Shown: positions 13,405 to 27,999, counted from the stretch's first letter. The stretch: DNA of 64,000 bases from the human T2T-CHM13v2.0 reference genome, Homo sapiens (GCF_009914755.1 NC_060938.1), one strand, 5' to 3'. Notes: generated from the letters alone by a model not told the origin. Numbers and translations are program-made.

Positions 13405-13597
13405 GATTGTACCGCGAACTGTGGTTGATCTTTGTTAACTCCTTACACTGGTATTACTTGGAAACATGTTAGAAAGTTGAATTTTTAGGCCCAGCCTGGG
13501 AACTACTAAATTGGAAGCTTCAGGTGGGACTGAGAAATCTGTGTTTTAACAGGCCCCCCACATGATTTTGATACATGCTGAGGTGTGAGGACCACTG
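13405..13597. mobile_element. MER5-family hAT MITE
   Basis: aatctgtgttttaacaggccccc...tgatacatgctgaggtgtgaggaccactg. Confidence 0.75.
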
Positions 13598-13609
13598 GTT
13601 TAGATGCGT

Positions 13610-13980
13610 ATGTATTTATTGGAAGACACTATATTTGGTCTGGGTACTAGCTAGAGAATCAGAACATGAGCGATTATGTCCCTTTTCTAATGGACATTCC
13701 AGTGGGGTGGGGCAGACAAGAAATTTGTAAACAGTCATAAAAACCTAAGAACTAAAGGTGGCAGAAGTATTAAAAAACAAAAGGGAACAGGGAAATGGTG
13801 TAGGCACAATAATTGGGAGTTCTAAGGTACTGCAGAGAGAGGGTGTTCATGGAAGGGCTGAAGATAAGACAGCAGAGGTTAAATTATGAGAACAGTACAT
13901 AACAAAAGTCAGTGAAAGAACAGTCCCAGAAGAGGAAACAGCTAGTGCAAAGGCCACGAGATGGGGGTGCTTTAAAGAGG
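13610..13980 (-). mobile_element. L2 fragment
   Basis: Purine-rich antisense L2 pattern (ccagaagaggaaacagctagtgcaaaggcc). Confidence 0.55.
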
Positions 13981-14114
13981 GGCCCTGTTACTTGTCTACT
14001 GGTAATTACTATTGGTAAACTGAAAGCATGTTATTCATGTCGGGGATTTGATTATTGTAGTTAGGGAAAGGGGTTCTTAGCTAAGGTTTTGATAGACTCT
14101 TTTACAAAATTACT

Positions 14115-14430
14115 GGCCGGGCGCAGTGGCTAATGCCTGTAATCCCAGCACTTTGAGAGGCTAAGGTGGGTAGATCACCTGAAGTCAGGAGTTCGAGACC
14201 AGCCTGGCCAATGTGGTGAAACACTGCCTCTACCAAAAATACAAAAATTACCTGGGCATGGTGGCGCATGCCTGTAATCCCAACTACTCAGAGACCGAGG
14301 CAGGGGAATTGCTTGGATCTGGGAGGCGGAAATTGCAATGAGCCTAGATCACACCACTGCACTCCAGCCTGGGCAACAGGAGAGAGACTCCATCTCAAAA
14401 AAAATAAATAAATAAAATTAAATTAAAAAC
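14115..14430 (+). mobile_element. AluS (Sx-like)
   Basis: ggccgggcgcagtggct...gagactccatctc followed by an A/TAAA tail; approximate TSD aaaattactg / aaaatattactg. Confidence 0.95.
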
Positions 14431-14760
14431 CAAAATATTACTGTAATTCCCCATTTTATTTTTCATGTAGACCCACTACCTAAAGCTAACTGTCATACAC
14501 TATCAATTTGTTTATGAGTTGATGCACCAGAATTGCTTTGTGAGCTCTGAAGTTTGCATTGGGTTAACAGTAAGTCGTGAGGCATCTTGTAATTTGGGGG
14601 CTGTGGTTACCAATGAACCTACAACCCCCAAGGTAAAACGTTTTCTTGTAGAATTATGGGAATCTTGTCAACTTCAGATTTCTTTTGTCCAAAACTTAAA
14701 TCACTGTCCTTAGATGTTTTTATATTGTCGCCCACATGTGTAAATTTGTGTGCAGAATAG

Positions 14761-15086
<326 letters not shown>

Positions 15087-15692
15087 TGTAACAAGCTTTT
15101 ACTAGTTTACTATTACCTATAACACCCGTAAGAAAAATTTTTTACATATAGAATAAAGACTGTGCTGGCTTATGATTTTAACTGCAAGAGACAAGTTTTT
15201 CTAAATTAAGACTAAACTCAACAAATTTAAATTTTTTAAAAATGAAATTATTTCAATATTTTGCATATTATAAAAGCATTGTAGCTAGCTAGTTTAACTC
15301 ACATTATGACAAATTTAAGGATAACATATCTTACATATAAAACTTTCTTTTTTCAATCTTTGCAGGATAAAAATGTCATGTATGAGACATAAGAGTACAT
15401 CTTTTTAAATATAAGAAAACCTAGATACAAATCCAGGCTTCTCCACTTATTCTTAAGTGATGCCATGATCAAGTCAATTATATTTTCTCTGTTTTAATTT
15501 CATTGTCTTCAACATGGTAATATAAAATCTATCTTTTTGGGTTTATTAACTCAGTTTTGAGATATTAAGACCATATATCCAAGTGTATAGCAAATAAGTG
15601 GTCCAAAAGTGGTGATTTTTATTTCACATTTAGTGAAAAAACTCTGAATTAATAGTTTGATTAACTGTGCCAAAGAAAAGTCTGTGGCTCTG

Positions 15693-15888
15693 GGAAGGGG
15701 AACATCACACACCGGGGCCTGTTGTGGGGTGGGGGGAGGGGGGAGGGATAGCATTAGGAGATATACCTAATGTAAATGACGAGTTAATGGGTGCAGCACA
15801 CCAACATGGCACATGTATACATATGTAACAAACCTGCACGTTGTGCACATGTACCCTAAAACTTAAAGTATAATTAAAAAAAAAAAAA
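15693..15888 (+). mobile_element. 5'-truncated L1PA (about PA4) 3' end with long TSD
   Basis: L1 3' UTR and poly(A); TSD aaagaaaagtctgtggctctg (15672-15692) / aaagaaaagtctgtggttctg (15886-15906). Confidence 0.95.
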
Positions 15889-16173
15889 GAAAAGTCTGTG
15901 GTTCTGTCCATCTTTCAAGTATAGATTCTGGTTATTTCTAAAGGTTATGATTCTGTTTTTATTTATTTACTTTTTTTTTGTTTTAAGTCACAGAACTGCA
16001 GGAACTTGGGTGAAGTCAGCGCTCAGTTTTGATTTTATCTTTGAAGTTCCGCCATGTGGCCAGTGGCTAGCAAGCATTCTCCCTTTGGGGCATTTCATTT
16101 CCAAATGAAAAACTCTGAGTTTCTCCAACTGATGTGTTTCATTCACTCACTGTCTTACTGGTCTTCATTGTAG

Positions 16174-16233
16174 CACATATTGGAGAAATATGGTACTGAG
16201 CATACTTTGGACAGCTTCAAAGTTGAGTTAAAT
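16174..16233 (+). other. Candidate 60-nt cassette exon, open in phase 0 (HILEKYGTEHTLDSFKVELN)
   Basis: ctcac branch-like motif, tcttcattgtag| acceptor and AAT|gtaagt donor; protein not recognised. Confidence 0.25.
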
Positions 16234-16484
16234 GTAAGTATTTTCCAAACAGTGGAGGACAATGAAAGATAACAGATACTTTAGTATGCGTTCATGTACT
16301 GGCTGGAACATGTTCATGCTCTGGCAGTGACTTTAGCTTTTCCTTAGAAAGCATGGGGATATTAAGTTATTTAAAAGTATTCTTTAGATCTAAAGTCTAA
16401 AGGCATCTACCCAGATTAATTTTTTAATATTTTCTGTATAGTTTCCTGATGGTATTAGAAGCAGGAAGTAGTATGGAGATAAGG

Positions 16485-16708
16485 AGCATATTTATTGAAT
16501 GCCTACTATGTGCCAAGCACTTTGCTTAACATTATGATTAATTTTTGACTTCTCAAAACCTTGTGATTTAGTTAGTACCTATCCATTTTATAGATGTAGA
16601 GAGCAAGAATCATTGATACTAATTAACTTGCCCAGCTTTATGCAGTTAGTGAAAAGAAGTTAAAACCCAGGTATGTTGGATCCCAAGGCCCAAGTTCTTG
16701 ACCACTGT
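16485..16708 (-). mobile_element. MIR SINE
   Basis: tttattgaatgcctactatgtgccaagcact...ccattttatagatg...taacttgccca. Confidence 0.85.
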
Positions 16709-17419
16709 CTTCTAATCAACAAAAGCTATATACTTAAGAAAACAAGGGTGAAGAATGAGGATACTAATACATTGGTATCACTGTACTTGACATTGTGGTT
16801 TATGTTTCAAATACTGGTTCTGTAGTCTTAAAGGAGTATATTTATTTGCAAATGAAAGTAGCAAGCTCACGATGGCTTCCTCCATGGTTTAAGAGGATAA
16901 TGAGAGAGATCAATAGTTGTTGTCTTGTAGCCAAGCGGTACAGGGGAGAACTGGAAAGGTAGGTTCCCATTTGCTCTGTCCTGGAGGAGATAGTCAATGA
17001 GAGTATAGCCAAGTAAAATTATTACAAATGTTCATAAGTACTTTGAAGGAAACAAGTAGGGGTTGAGGTAGAGACCAGCAGGATAAGGAATGTTGCATAC
17101 ATAAGACGTGGGAAATAGGAATGGCTCATGTGAGGAAGTGACATAGGACCTGAGCCATGAAGGCTGAGGAGCCAGGTCTTAGAGCTGAGTGCTGCTGTCA
17201 GTTATCAGAGGAGCCCTGAATAGGCCATACTCCTCCAGGGATGGGGCATAGAGTCCTAGGCTTCTTCATTCCTGGCAGAGAGTAGGCACCATGCCGGGCA
17301 CATGGCTGGCCCTGATGTATATTTGCTGAATGAATTTTGCAAATCCCTGCAAAGAGCATTTCCTTATGTACCTGCTTATACGGTCATCTGTGTTGATGTA
17401 GTGCAGCCAGGTACTTGTC

Positions 17420-17700
17420 TACTTAAACTTTTCATTACAGAAATTTTTAAACACAAAACAGAGTCTAGAATAATGAATCTCCATGCATCCATATCTACAT
17501 TCAACAATTATTAATATTTTTTCAATCTTATTTTATCTAACCTCTACTTCATTTTTTTCTCCCTATGGTATTTTCCAGCAAGTCCCAGGCATCATATCTT
17601 TACAATTGTAAATACTTTAATATGCGTTTCACACTGATGAGGGCATTTTTATTTACATAGCCTCAGGTCACTATCACACTTAGAATTAATAAGGACTAAT
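17420..17700 (-). mobile_element. Old L1M (MC/ME-type) 3' fragment
   Basis: ttacagaaatttttaaacac...aatgaatctccatgcatccat...tcaacaattattaa. Confidence 0.55.
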
Positions 17701-17959
17701 CTTCTGATCTTTTAAAAATTTAATAAAGCTAAATACAATTTATTAACAAATTATGATGGAATTAGCATCTATAAATGTGCCTGGATGCAGTTGCTATTTC
17801 CTTTTAAATTCTTCTCATGTTTGTGACTTGACTGTCCAATGACTGTAATTTCTTACTCTCTCTCCAAAGCTAGCAACCAAACATCAACTTTTCGTTAAAA
17901 ACAAGCAAAAAAAAAAGTGGCCCAAGAGGAGCGTCTACACTGCAACTGACTTAGAAAGC

Positions 17960-18188
17960 TGCTTGACAGAACCTCCTCTCTTTATTGGTCCCTGTGGTGG
18001 CAGATGGTATTAAATCTGTACATGTGTCAGAAACATTATTTTTCAAAAGTTTGCTCTGATATTTTTCCTCCAGACATCATCGGATGTTGGTTCTGTCTTC
18101 ATAAATTGCAAGTGGAATTGAGCATCGGTAGACTTTGGACAATCTTCTGTCACTCAGAACTGGCTGCTATGTACTCAACACTGGGAAT
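17960..18188 (-). other. Candidate minus-strand terminal exon
   Basis: Minus-strand acceptor tgtatttttctag|A at 18189-18190; AATAAA at 17986-17981; T-rich tract further downstream. Confidence 0.3.
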
Positions 18189-19819
18189 CTAGAAAAATAC
18201 AGATCTTTGAAATCATTACTGCTGACAAAGAAAAAGGAAGTCCCAGTGACACCTCTTAACATCATGACAACCTGACTCACCGACCACTTTCACTTTTTCA
18301 AAAAACCGTGCAGTGTTAGTTTGGCTTTAACATCTCTGTACCCCTCATTCATTATTTAATCTTATTTTGCTTTGTTCAGACAAGCTATCTGGGCTATTGT
18401 GAAGCTTCACACAGCCAATTACCTCAAGGTGTTTAGTTCATTTATTATTTAAAGCATAAATCTTGTACAGGTTGTCCATTGACGACCCTCTGAGTAGATG
18501 GAGTAAATGCCTTTCATCCTGGCGGCCTCAGTCAGTGCTCACAGACCTGCTTGCTGAGCTTGGCAGGCCAGGCGAGAGCTGGAGCATGTAAGATAGCAGA
18601 GGTAATTGCACTTTACTTTCTGTTTAAGGGTACATGCGAAAAATGTGCACACAGTCGCAAATTGAGTTGATATGTAGAGAGAAAGAATCTTTCATTTAAA
18701 ATGCAGTATTTCTTTCTACAAAATACTTGCTGGACAAGTTAAATCTTGTTAAACGTTTTAGCTATTGATATGGGCTGGATACTGAATTTAAAAGTTTGTT
18801 TAGAGTAGGCCATAGTAACATCACACTTAAGAATACTTAAGCAGAAGTGTTTTGTTGTTTTTTTTTTTTTTTTTTTTCAAATTTGCATCTGTGTCCTTGA
18901 ACCCATTTTCCTTTCCATCTTGCTTTTAGTCTTGTGTCATTATACCAAGGGTCAGATGACTTGGAAAAAAGGCTAGTTTAAGTAATGTGCCAATTCTGCT
19001 GATGGGCTTACACGCCATTAAGAGATTTTATTCCAGGCCGAATGTGCCAGGTATTTAACTGGGAACTGGTACTAATTTCAGAGCTAATACTGAGCTGTTC
19101 CACATCAGTGCTTTCAGCAGGTGGCTTGAACTGACAGTGTAAAGAAAAAAGTGAGAGAAAATTACCATTGTACTTTAAATTTCTCTGATTGAATTGACTG
19201 ATTATACTGTCAGAGGAGCATTGGGAAGCTGGCAGGGTTATGGGCAGTGAAGAAATGACAGACTTCTTTTAGAAAGAGCTTGCCTGTTGGTTTTTGCACG
19301 GCCAAATATTTCAAAATGATAATAAGGTTTGATGTGAGATTTTAATTCAGTACTTGTGAAAATTCATGTGTTCTCTGATATGTCTTTTAAAGCAGACAAT
19401 CTTGTAAGGAGAGCCAGTGGTTTCCCTATCACCATTTTCTCTTATACAGCAAAGTATTGAAACATTGGATTCAAATTCCATCAGTCAATGTTAAACTACA
19501 TTATTTTATATTTACAAAGAAGTTTCATAAAGATTTCAATTTTGTGAAGAAGCTTCACTTATCAGAGAATGGAATTGAGAACTTAAGTGTCTCAGGATGA
19601 AAAACTGTTTGTTTTATGTAATCGGTCTTATATCATGTTCTTAAATAAGATCTTCTGTGTAAGAAGTTCTTACCAGTCACAAATATTCCCAGTTGTCTTC
19701 TAAATTTATGATTATTTGTTCTAAAATTCTATATTATTTAAATATTTTAAAATCTTCTTCAAATGAACAACTTAAAAAAAAACCACAGAGATACATTATT
19801 CTAGTTACTGTTAGTGGAA

Positions 19820-20045
19820 TAATAATAATGGCAACTAGTGTTTATTGAATAGTTGCCACATACCAGATACTTTACTAAGTGCTTCATGGTGTCCCATTTA
19901 ATCTTCACAGTGACTACATAAGTAAATTTCTTTCGTATTCCTGTTACTGATGAGGAAATCATGGCCCAGCGAAGTTGGATAACTTTCCTGGGTACCCAGA
20001 GCTAGTAAGAGGCAGAGCCAGGGTGCTGACTCTCAGAACCCCATT
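19820..20045 (-). mobile_element. MIR SINE
   Basis: tttattgaatag...catttaatcttcaca...gatgaggaaa...agctagtaagaggcagagccagg. Confidence 0.85.
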
Positions 20046-21337
20046 GCTTCTCCTGTGTCAGCACAGGTGACTCTTTTTTTTTTTTTTTCCTGTCAATTCA
20101 CTGACTTCCTTCTGTACTGGTGAGACAGGGAATTAATACAATAATTTCCCTTTTCATGGTTATCCCATTATGAATTTAATAGGACTTTTTGGTATAGAGT
20201 TATGAGAATTCATAAGGGAATCATTTAAAATGCAGAAAAATGTACTGAAGTGTTCTATGAAAGGTGTAAGAGAGACAAGTTTAGCAGAGTGTAAGTCAGG
20301 TTTGGGGCAGAAGGAAAAATCAGTCAGGATAAATGGGTCAGCATTCATCATTTGTTCAACAAATACTTATTGTACTAGGTGCCAGGCATTGGACTCGGCC
20401 TGTCGGAAAGCACTGGGTGATTTATTTTTGTTGGGTTGACTCCCTGGTGGGATTATTCACAAACAACCTTTCGATGTAAGTAGGAAGCTTTAATTGCAGA
20501 AGAGAAGGGTTAAAGTCTCTCTGGTTGGACTATGGTGTGTGAGTTTTGTTTCATTGCATAATCTAGTAGGCTATCCTCGTATTATCATTATTCTGATGCA
20601 GTGTAACAAACCAGCAGGAAACTGCATTCCATGGGATTTCTATGGGGACTACAGAGAATTCGTTCCAATGCTTACAGAGCAGCCTGCTTGGAGCTTAAAG
20701 TAGCCTCAGGGCTAATGTGAGGAGCTGTGCAGCTCTACTACTGAACTGTAAAACTCAAAGCATGCGTAGTGTAAATAAAACAAGGTTAGTAGAATCATTT
20801 CTAATCTGGAGGCCTTATCAGAGCGTTGGCTGATAATTTATTGTTGAAAGAAGGAAAAAGGCAGGAGATTTGAAATACTATGCCTCACTGAAAATGTAAA
20901 TACCTGTTTTTTTGCTTAGTTTAAAACTTACTTCCTCTCTTTTTTTTTTTAAGCTTAATTGAAGGTACATTTTGAAAGAATGTGCACCATTTACCCCACT
21001 TCCTCCTTCCCCCAAACAAAACTGTCAAGCACAGTGACACTTTCTGTAGCAAACTTATTCAGCCTAGGCTTATAGGAATCCATATTCGGGGGCATGTTGG
21101 TTTGATTTCTGTGTTCTGTCCACATTCTGTGAGTACTTTGTGTCCCCCCATCCCCAAAGTGTGTTTAGCAGTGCTCCCTTATGTTAATAGAAGAATTGTC
21201 CTGCCTTCTTTAGCCACGCTCACATATTGGATGGTTAAAGTTGCTAGGTACCAGCCCCATGAGGATAGTCTGTGGTCTCCCCACCATGCCTCCCCATGTG
21301 CTTCCACTACTGTCGGTGCTGTGCTGTTGATAAGCTG

Positions 21338-21502
21338 TCAGACCGGCCTCATAGGCCTGCGACCTGTGACTCACAGAAGCCTCCCCCTCACCCCTCGGTT
21401 CAATTTGCTGCTGTCATCTTCTTGAAATCCTTAATAATGTTTAATCAAGGGGCTTCACCTTTTCATTTGGCACTGGGCTTTACTCCTCACATAGCTGGTC
21501 TT
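21338..21502 (+). mobile_element. MER91A (hAT-Tip100)
   Basis: ccggcctcataggcctgcgacctgtg...cttgaaatccttaataat...caaggggc...tttcatttggcactgggc. Confidence 0.75.
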
Positions 21503-22633
21503 ACCTGTTCTGTGGGCATCTTCCCCGTTCCTGACCCCAGCAGCAGAGATTGCATCCTTCTGCCAACTCAGATGGTGCCTCATCCATGAAGCCTTCTAGT
21601 TTTTCCATAAACATAAGTATCTCTTCCCTTTGTATGTCCCTCAGTTACAGCCTGCATTCCACCCTGCCTTGAATTCACATCTGTCTTGCATGCACATCTG
21701 TCTCCCTCAGTAAGAGGTAGACTCTTGGAGGGAGGGCAGGCACTCTCCAAGGATCTTTGTATTTTTTTCCCTCCATATCCTAGCCCAATGCCTTTCAGTT
21801 CTCCATAAATGCTTTCTGAATTGAAGTGAATTAAATAATTTGCCCTTTTATCTGAAAGAGTAAAGAAATTTACATTTAATATAAGGCCCCTTTGATAGAC
21901 ATATTGCCTTCATTTCAGTTCTCTTCTGATGCAGAATTATGGTGCTGGCTTCCATTGAATGGCAAATGGGATGAGATGGTACACATACGATTCTGCCTCA
22001 CTGATGAATTTGGGGTGGAAAAAATATAAATGAAATCATTTCACTAATTTTAAGACATTTAAAGAGTATGGAAATTGAGCTTAGGAGGAAAAGGTTAACT
22101 AAGGTTAAAGCGAATGCTTTTCATTTCACTTAGTATATCACTAAGTGGAGATTTAAAGGCACTGCTCTTTTCTTACCAAACTTTCCTATATTGCTCCTGG
22201 ATTTCCTTTTAATGTAATTTAAGTAAGACATTCTCATGGTTTAGATCATTTTAATTCTGCATGCTTCACAAGGGCTATTTTCATATTGGAAATATTTCAT
22301 AATATGATTCCTTGAGCCTCTTAGAAGAATAGAATTTACAACACTTGGTATCTACACAGGAGGTAGAATTCTAGCAGGTTTAGAAACTTGTATATAAAGT
22401 TCAGACTTTGTTTATTAGCAACAAAAGACAATGCAGTTGACTCTACCACACAGATTTTTAGCAGAGGGGCCGTGATCAGCTTCAGGAGTTCTATAAACTC
22501 TCTCAAAGTGTATGCAAAAATTTATTTTGAGGACATTCAAATCTCCTAGAGAGAGGGCTCCCAGGGCAATTTCTCAAAGTATTCAAGCCAAGTTAAGAAC
22601 CAGTGGGCTAGCAAAAATGGAAAATGGAATGAA

Positions 22634-22679
22634 TACACACACGCACAAACAGACACACACATACACACACACACGCACG
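22634..22679. repeat. Imperfect (CA)n microsatellite
   Basis: Read directly from the sequence. Confidence 0.85.
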
Positions 22680-24494
22680 TATATTGTAAAGATAAATTAA
22701 CAAATCAATCTGCTGAAGACCAAATCCTGTGTTACATGCATTTGTGCTGTTGAAATCTGAAATGTGTGGACTACAAAATGTTGTATTCATTGAGTATTAC
22801 ACTATTATTTTTCTGAAAATAGAAGATAATACTAATTTTGATAAATATAGATTTATGTATTTATAAATGAGATCTCAGGTCCAGAATTTGTTCATTCTTG
22901 AATGCACATTTGTGAGCAATATGTTAAGAAACAGAGGAATTGGGCAAAACACAATTCCTTCACCATGCCACATAATAATAAGAGATACTGTTGCTAACTG
23001 TTACATTGGGAGGAAAAACCCAACTTCCAGACATGGTTATTCTAGAATATGGGAAGTTTACGATGATATTTGCAGCATACCCATGTAAGGAATGACATAC
23101 TTTACAATAACGAAAATCCTTGCTTAGAAGTGAATGAGGCAGCTTTAGGAAAATTCCATGCCCTGGGAGATGCGATCGCCTAAATAAGTCTCACACACAG
23201 CTTCTGAATTTCTTGTGCATCTCTCAAAAGTGGGTTGGACAGCCTTCCCTAGTTTTTGTGGCTTGTTTTTTCATTTAGCATTCTTTTCCTTATGTGTTAC
23301 TTTCTTGACTGATTTCCGGGCTCTCTGAGCATTTGGGAGCAGCGTAGCTACGGAAGAGCCCAAGATTGCATACGGAAACTCAGCTTGGACTCACAGGCTG
23401 AGGTGCTCACCTGGAGCACATTTGCCTCTAAAATATGCAAACATTAAAGTTGGGGTAAACTCTGAGAAATCCTGGGATAGTTGCAGTTCTCTTTAGTATA
23501 GTTTAGAGACAGCTTACTGTGTGTAGAACAGCTGTAAGCACTAAAGGGGATTCGAAGGCAAACAAGACTCTCCCTTGCCTTGAGGAGCAGAGAAGGTCAC
23601 AAGGAAAACAAAGACACCAGACATCTGACCCCATCAGACATCCTCAGATGGAACAATTCAACCAAAGCTGTGAGAAGCATATCATTCCAAAGACAGGGGC
23701 CTGTCTGAGGAGGTAATTTGTAATTTTTAAAAAAGCTTTTGAGCTTACTTGGAGACATTTCCGAGTTGGAGCCCCAAGCCCCTAAAGATCTTGTGTGATA
23801 GCTCTCAAAGCTGACTGCCCCTCATTTCCCTCTTTGCTATCCCTGTAGTTGGTGTAGAGTTCCCTAGTGGGACTCAGAAGGCACCAAGGATGCTTCCCGA
23901 CTGCATTTTCCTCTCCTGATTCCTTCATTTCAGTCTCTACTAGCTTCCTTTTTCCCGCTTCACACCTATGTCCTCTTCCCCTCTTCCCCTCTTCCTTCTG
24001 CCATTCACGTTGGCCTTCCTCCTGTTCTGTCCCAACCATGATTTTTCTGTAACCTTTAACTCCAAGGCAGGCTCAAGCTCTAAGAAAGTAAAAAATGAGT
24101 CTTTCTCAAAGAGGATTTTGGTAAATTCTTGGCTTTTCCACTGTGCTATGAGTTGAAGATACATTGTAATATGAGAAGTTTTTCTTAAAAGATGAATTCG
24201 TTTTTCAAAATTGTGCTTTCAGAAAAGTGAAGTATAATAATACTTGTAATCTACAGTAGAACACTTCATAAGAGCATGTTGGGAGTTTTGTAGCCCTCTG
24301 GTGGAGTGGCATAAGAATCCATAATGGAAATATTGATGACCTGGATTTTCACTGTTTTCAAGATGGCAAAATGATAGCTTTTCCTTTTTTCTAAATACTC
24401 TTTTATTTGAGGGCCACATTTTGTTCACTGCCATGTGGCTGAGTATCTCATCATTTATTTTTAATACTTAAATTTTTTTCTTTTTTGTGAACTA

Positions 24495-24848
<354 letters not shown>

Positions 24849-25361
24849 TTAAAATCTTTACCAATGCATTTCATTTTTGTTAGGATTTTATTACATGATT
24901 AATCACAGAAATTTAAAATTGAGGGGATTGTAAATAAGAAATTGGCGGGCTATGAGTACAGAAAGGCTGCCAGGTTTTCAAAATGCTGTTTTGCTTCTGT
25001 GTTATGCAAATGAATAGTCATAAGCTTTTGTATGAAAGCAGTTTAACATGGAGAAAATAGTATTGAATTGAAATCAGACCTAAGTTTTAGTCTGAGTTAT
25101 GAGACCTTGTCGGTACCTGATTCTCGAAAGGTCACAGCAGCTTATCTGGAAAACTTTTCTTTACATCAGTGAAAAGTGACCTAGTACATAACTTCTGATA
25201 CATCTTGTAGTTTTGTGGTTTGGGGATTTTGACATCGTTACAAAAATTGGAAAGTCATGCTTTATGGAATCTTTGCTGGGCAGAGGGGGTGTACATTATG
25301 ATAATTTCTTAAATGTGAGTAGATGAATTAAAACACAAAACTATCTCTATACTGAGAGTTA

Positions 25362-27558
25362 CAGGCATACCTTAGAGATAATGCAGGTTCAGTTCCAGAC
25401 TACTACAATAAAACGAATATCACAATGAAGCGAGTCATATTTTTGGTTTCCAAGTGCATATAAAAGTTATATTAACATTATGCTGTAGTCTAAGGGTGCA
25501 ATAGCCTTATGTCTATAAAAAAGCGTATGTCTTAATTAAAAATACTTTATTTCTAAAAACATGTGAACAATCATCTGAACTTTCAGGGAACCATAATCTT
25601 TTGGCTGGTAGAGGGTCTTGCCTTCATGTTGGTGGCTGCTGGCTGATCATGTGGTGGTTGCTGAAGTTTGGGGTAGCTGTGGCAATTTCTTAAAACAAGA
25701 CAATGATGAAGTGTTCCCCATTGATTGATTTGACCTTTCATTAAAGATTTCTCTAGCATGTGATGCCATGTGATAGCATTTTATCCACAGTAAAACTTCT
25801 ATCAAAATTGTAGGCAATCCTCTCAAATCCTGCTGCTGCTTTATTAATTAAGTTTGTTATTTGTTGTCACTTCAACAATGTTCACAACATCTTCACCAGG
25901 AGTAAATTCCATCTCAAGAAACAAGTTTCTTTGCTCATCCATAAGAAGCCACTCCTCATCTGTTTAAGTGTGATCGTGAGATTACAGTAGTTCAGTCACA
26001 TTTTCAGACTCTACTTCTAACTTGAGTTCATTTCCATACATCTGCAATGACTACCTTCACTGGAGTTTTGAACCTTTCAAAGTCATCTATGAGGGTTGGA
26101 ATCAACTTCTTCCCATCTTCTGTTAATGTTGATATTTTCACCTTCTCCCATGAATCAAACATGTTCTTAACAACATCCAAAATGGTGAATCCTTTCCAGA
26201 AGGTTTTCAACTGACTTTGCCCAGATCCATTAGAGGAATCACTACCTACGGCAGTGACAGTCTTATGAAATGCATTTTTTAAGTAGTAAGACTTGAAAGT
26301 CAAAATGACTCCTTGACCTGCAGAATGGATGCTGTGTTAGCAGGCATGAATACAGTGTTAATCTCCTTGTACATCTCCATCAGAGCTCTTGGGTGACCGA
26401 GTGCATTGTCAACGAGCAATAATATTCTGAAAGGAATCTTTTTTTCTGAGTAGTACATCTTCACTGTGAGCTTAACATATTCAATAAACCATGGTGTAAA
26501 CATTGTACCATCATCCAGCCTTCGTCGTTCCATTCCTTGAGCACAGGCCGAGTAGTTCTACCACTATTCTTAATGGCCCTAGGATTTTCAGAATGATAAA
26601 TGAGAGTTGGCTTCCACTTAAAGTTACCAGCTGCTTTAGCTTCTAATAAGAATATCAGCCTGTCCCACAGCTTCTCCATCAGCACTTGCTGCTTCACCCT
26701 ACACTTTTATGTTATGGCATCTTTCCCTAAACCACATAAACCAACCTCTGCTAGCTTGCAACTTTTCTTCTGCAGCTTCCTCACCTCTGTCAGCCTTCAT
26801 AGAACTGAACAGAGTTAGGGCCTTGCTCTGGATTAGGTTTTGGCTTACGGGAATGTTGTGGCTGGTTTCATCTTCTGTCACTAAAACTTTCTCCCTGTCA
26901 GCAATAAGCCTCTTTTCACTTTCGTATTATTTGTGTGTTCACTGACTGGAGTAGTGGTTTTAATTTCTTAAAAGAACTTTTCCTTTGCACTCACAATGTG
27001 GCTAACTTCTTGGTGCAAGTGACCTAGCTTTTGGCCTATCTTGCTTTTCGACGTGCCTTTCTCACTAAGCTTCATCGTTTCTAGCTTTTGATTTAAAGTG
27101 AGAGATGGGTGACTCTTCCTTTCACTTGAATGCCTAGAAGCCATTGCAGGGGTACTAATTGGCCTAGTTTTAATATTTTTATGTCTCATAGAATAGGGAA
27201 TCCTGAGGAGAGGGAGAGATGAGAGAGAAGAGCCAGTCAGTGGAGCAGTCAGAACACACACAATTATTAAGTGTGCCATCGTATATAAGCAGGATTTGTG
27301 TACCCCCAAACAAATGTAACAGTGACATCAAAGATCACTGATCACCCACCACATAACAGATATAATAATAATGAAAAAGTTTGAAAGGTGGAATGAATTA
27401 CCAAAATGTGACACAAAGACATGAGTGAGCACACGCTGTTGGAAAGATGGCACCGACAGACTTACTCGATGTAAGGTTGCCACAAACCTTCCATTTGTAA
27501 AAAGCACAGTATATGTGGTGCACAGTGAAGCGAAATGCAGTAAGACGAAGTATGCCTG
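25362..27558 (-). mobile_element. Tigger1 (TcMar/pogo) DNA transposon, near full length, transposase disrupted
   Basis: TIRs caggcatacct and gaagtatgcctg, each flanked by TA; ORFs within 26028-27309 give Tigger transposase peptides ([50 protein letters not shown]). Confidence 0.95.
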
Positions 27559-27687
27559 TACTTGAGAGTAGAGTCTGCTCATTTTTGTATTCCTAGCCTG
27601 CTGCAACTCTTGACATGTAGCAAACATTCAAAAGCTGTTGACTGAATGAAAAACAGTTTCTGAGATTGCATATAAAAATTAAAAATT

Positions 27688-27999
<312 letters not shown>

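Noticed and set aside
20982-21589. 147-aa and 105-aa plus-strand ORFs
   Set aside because: They have non-ATG starts, run into MER91A and show no homology I recognise.
26028-27627. Transposase-like ORFs as a domesticated gene
   Set aside because: They are fragmented by frameshifts, stops and deletions of catalytic motifs; this is an ordinary Tigger1 fossil.
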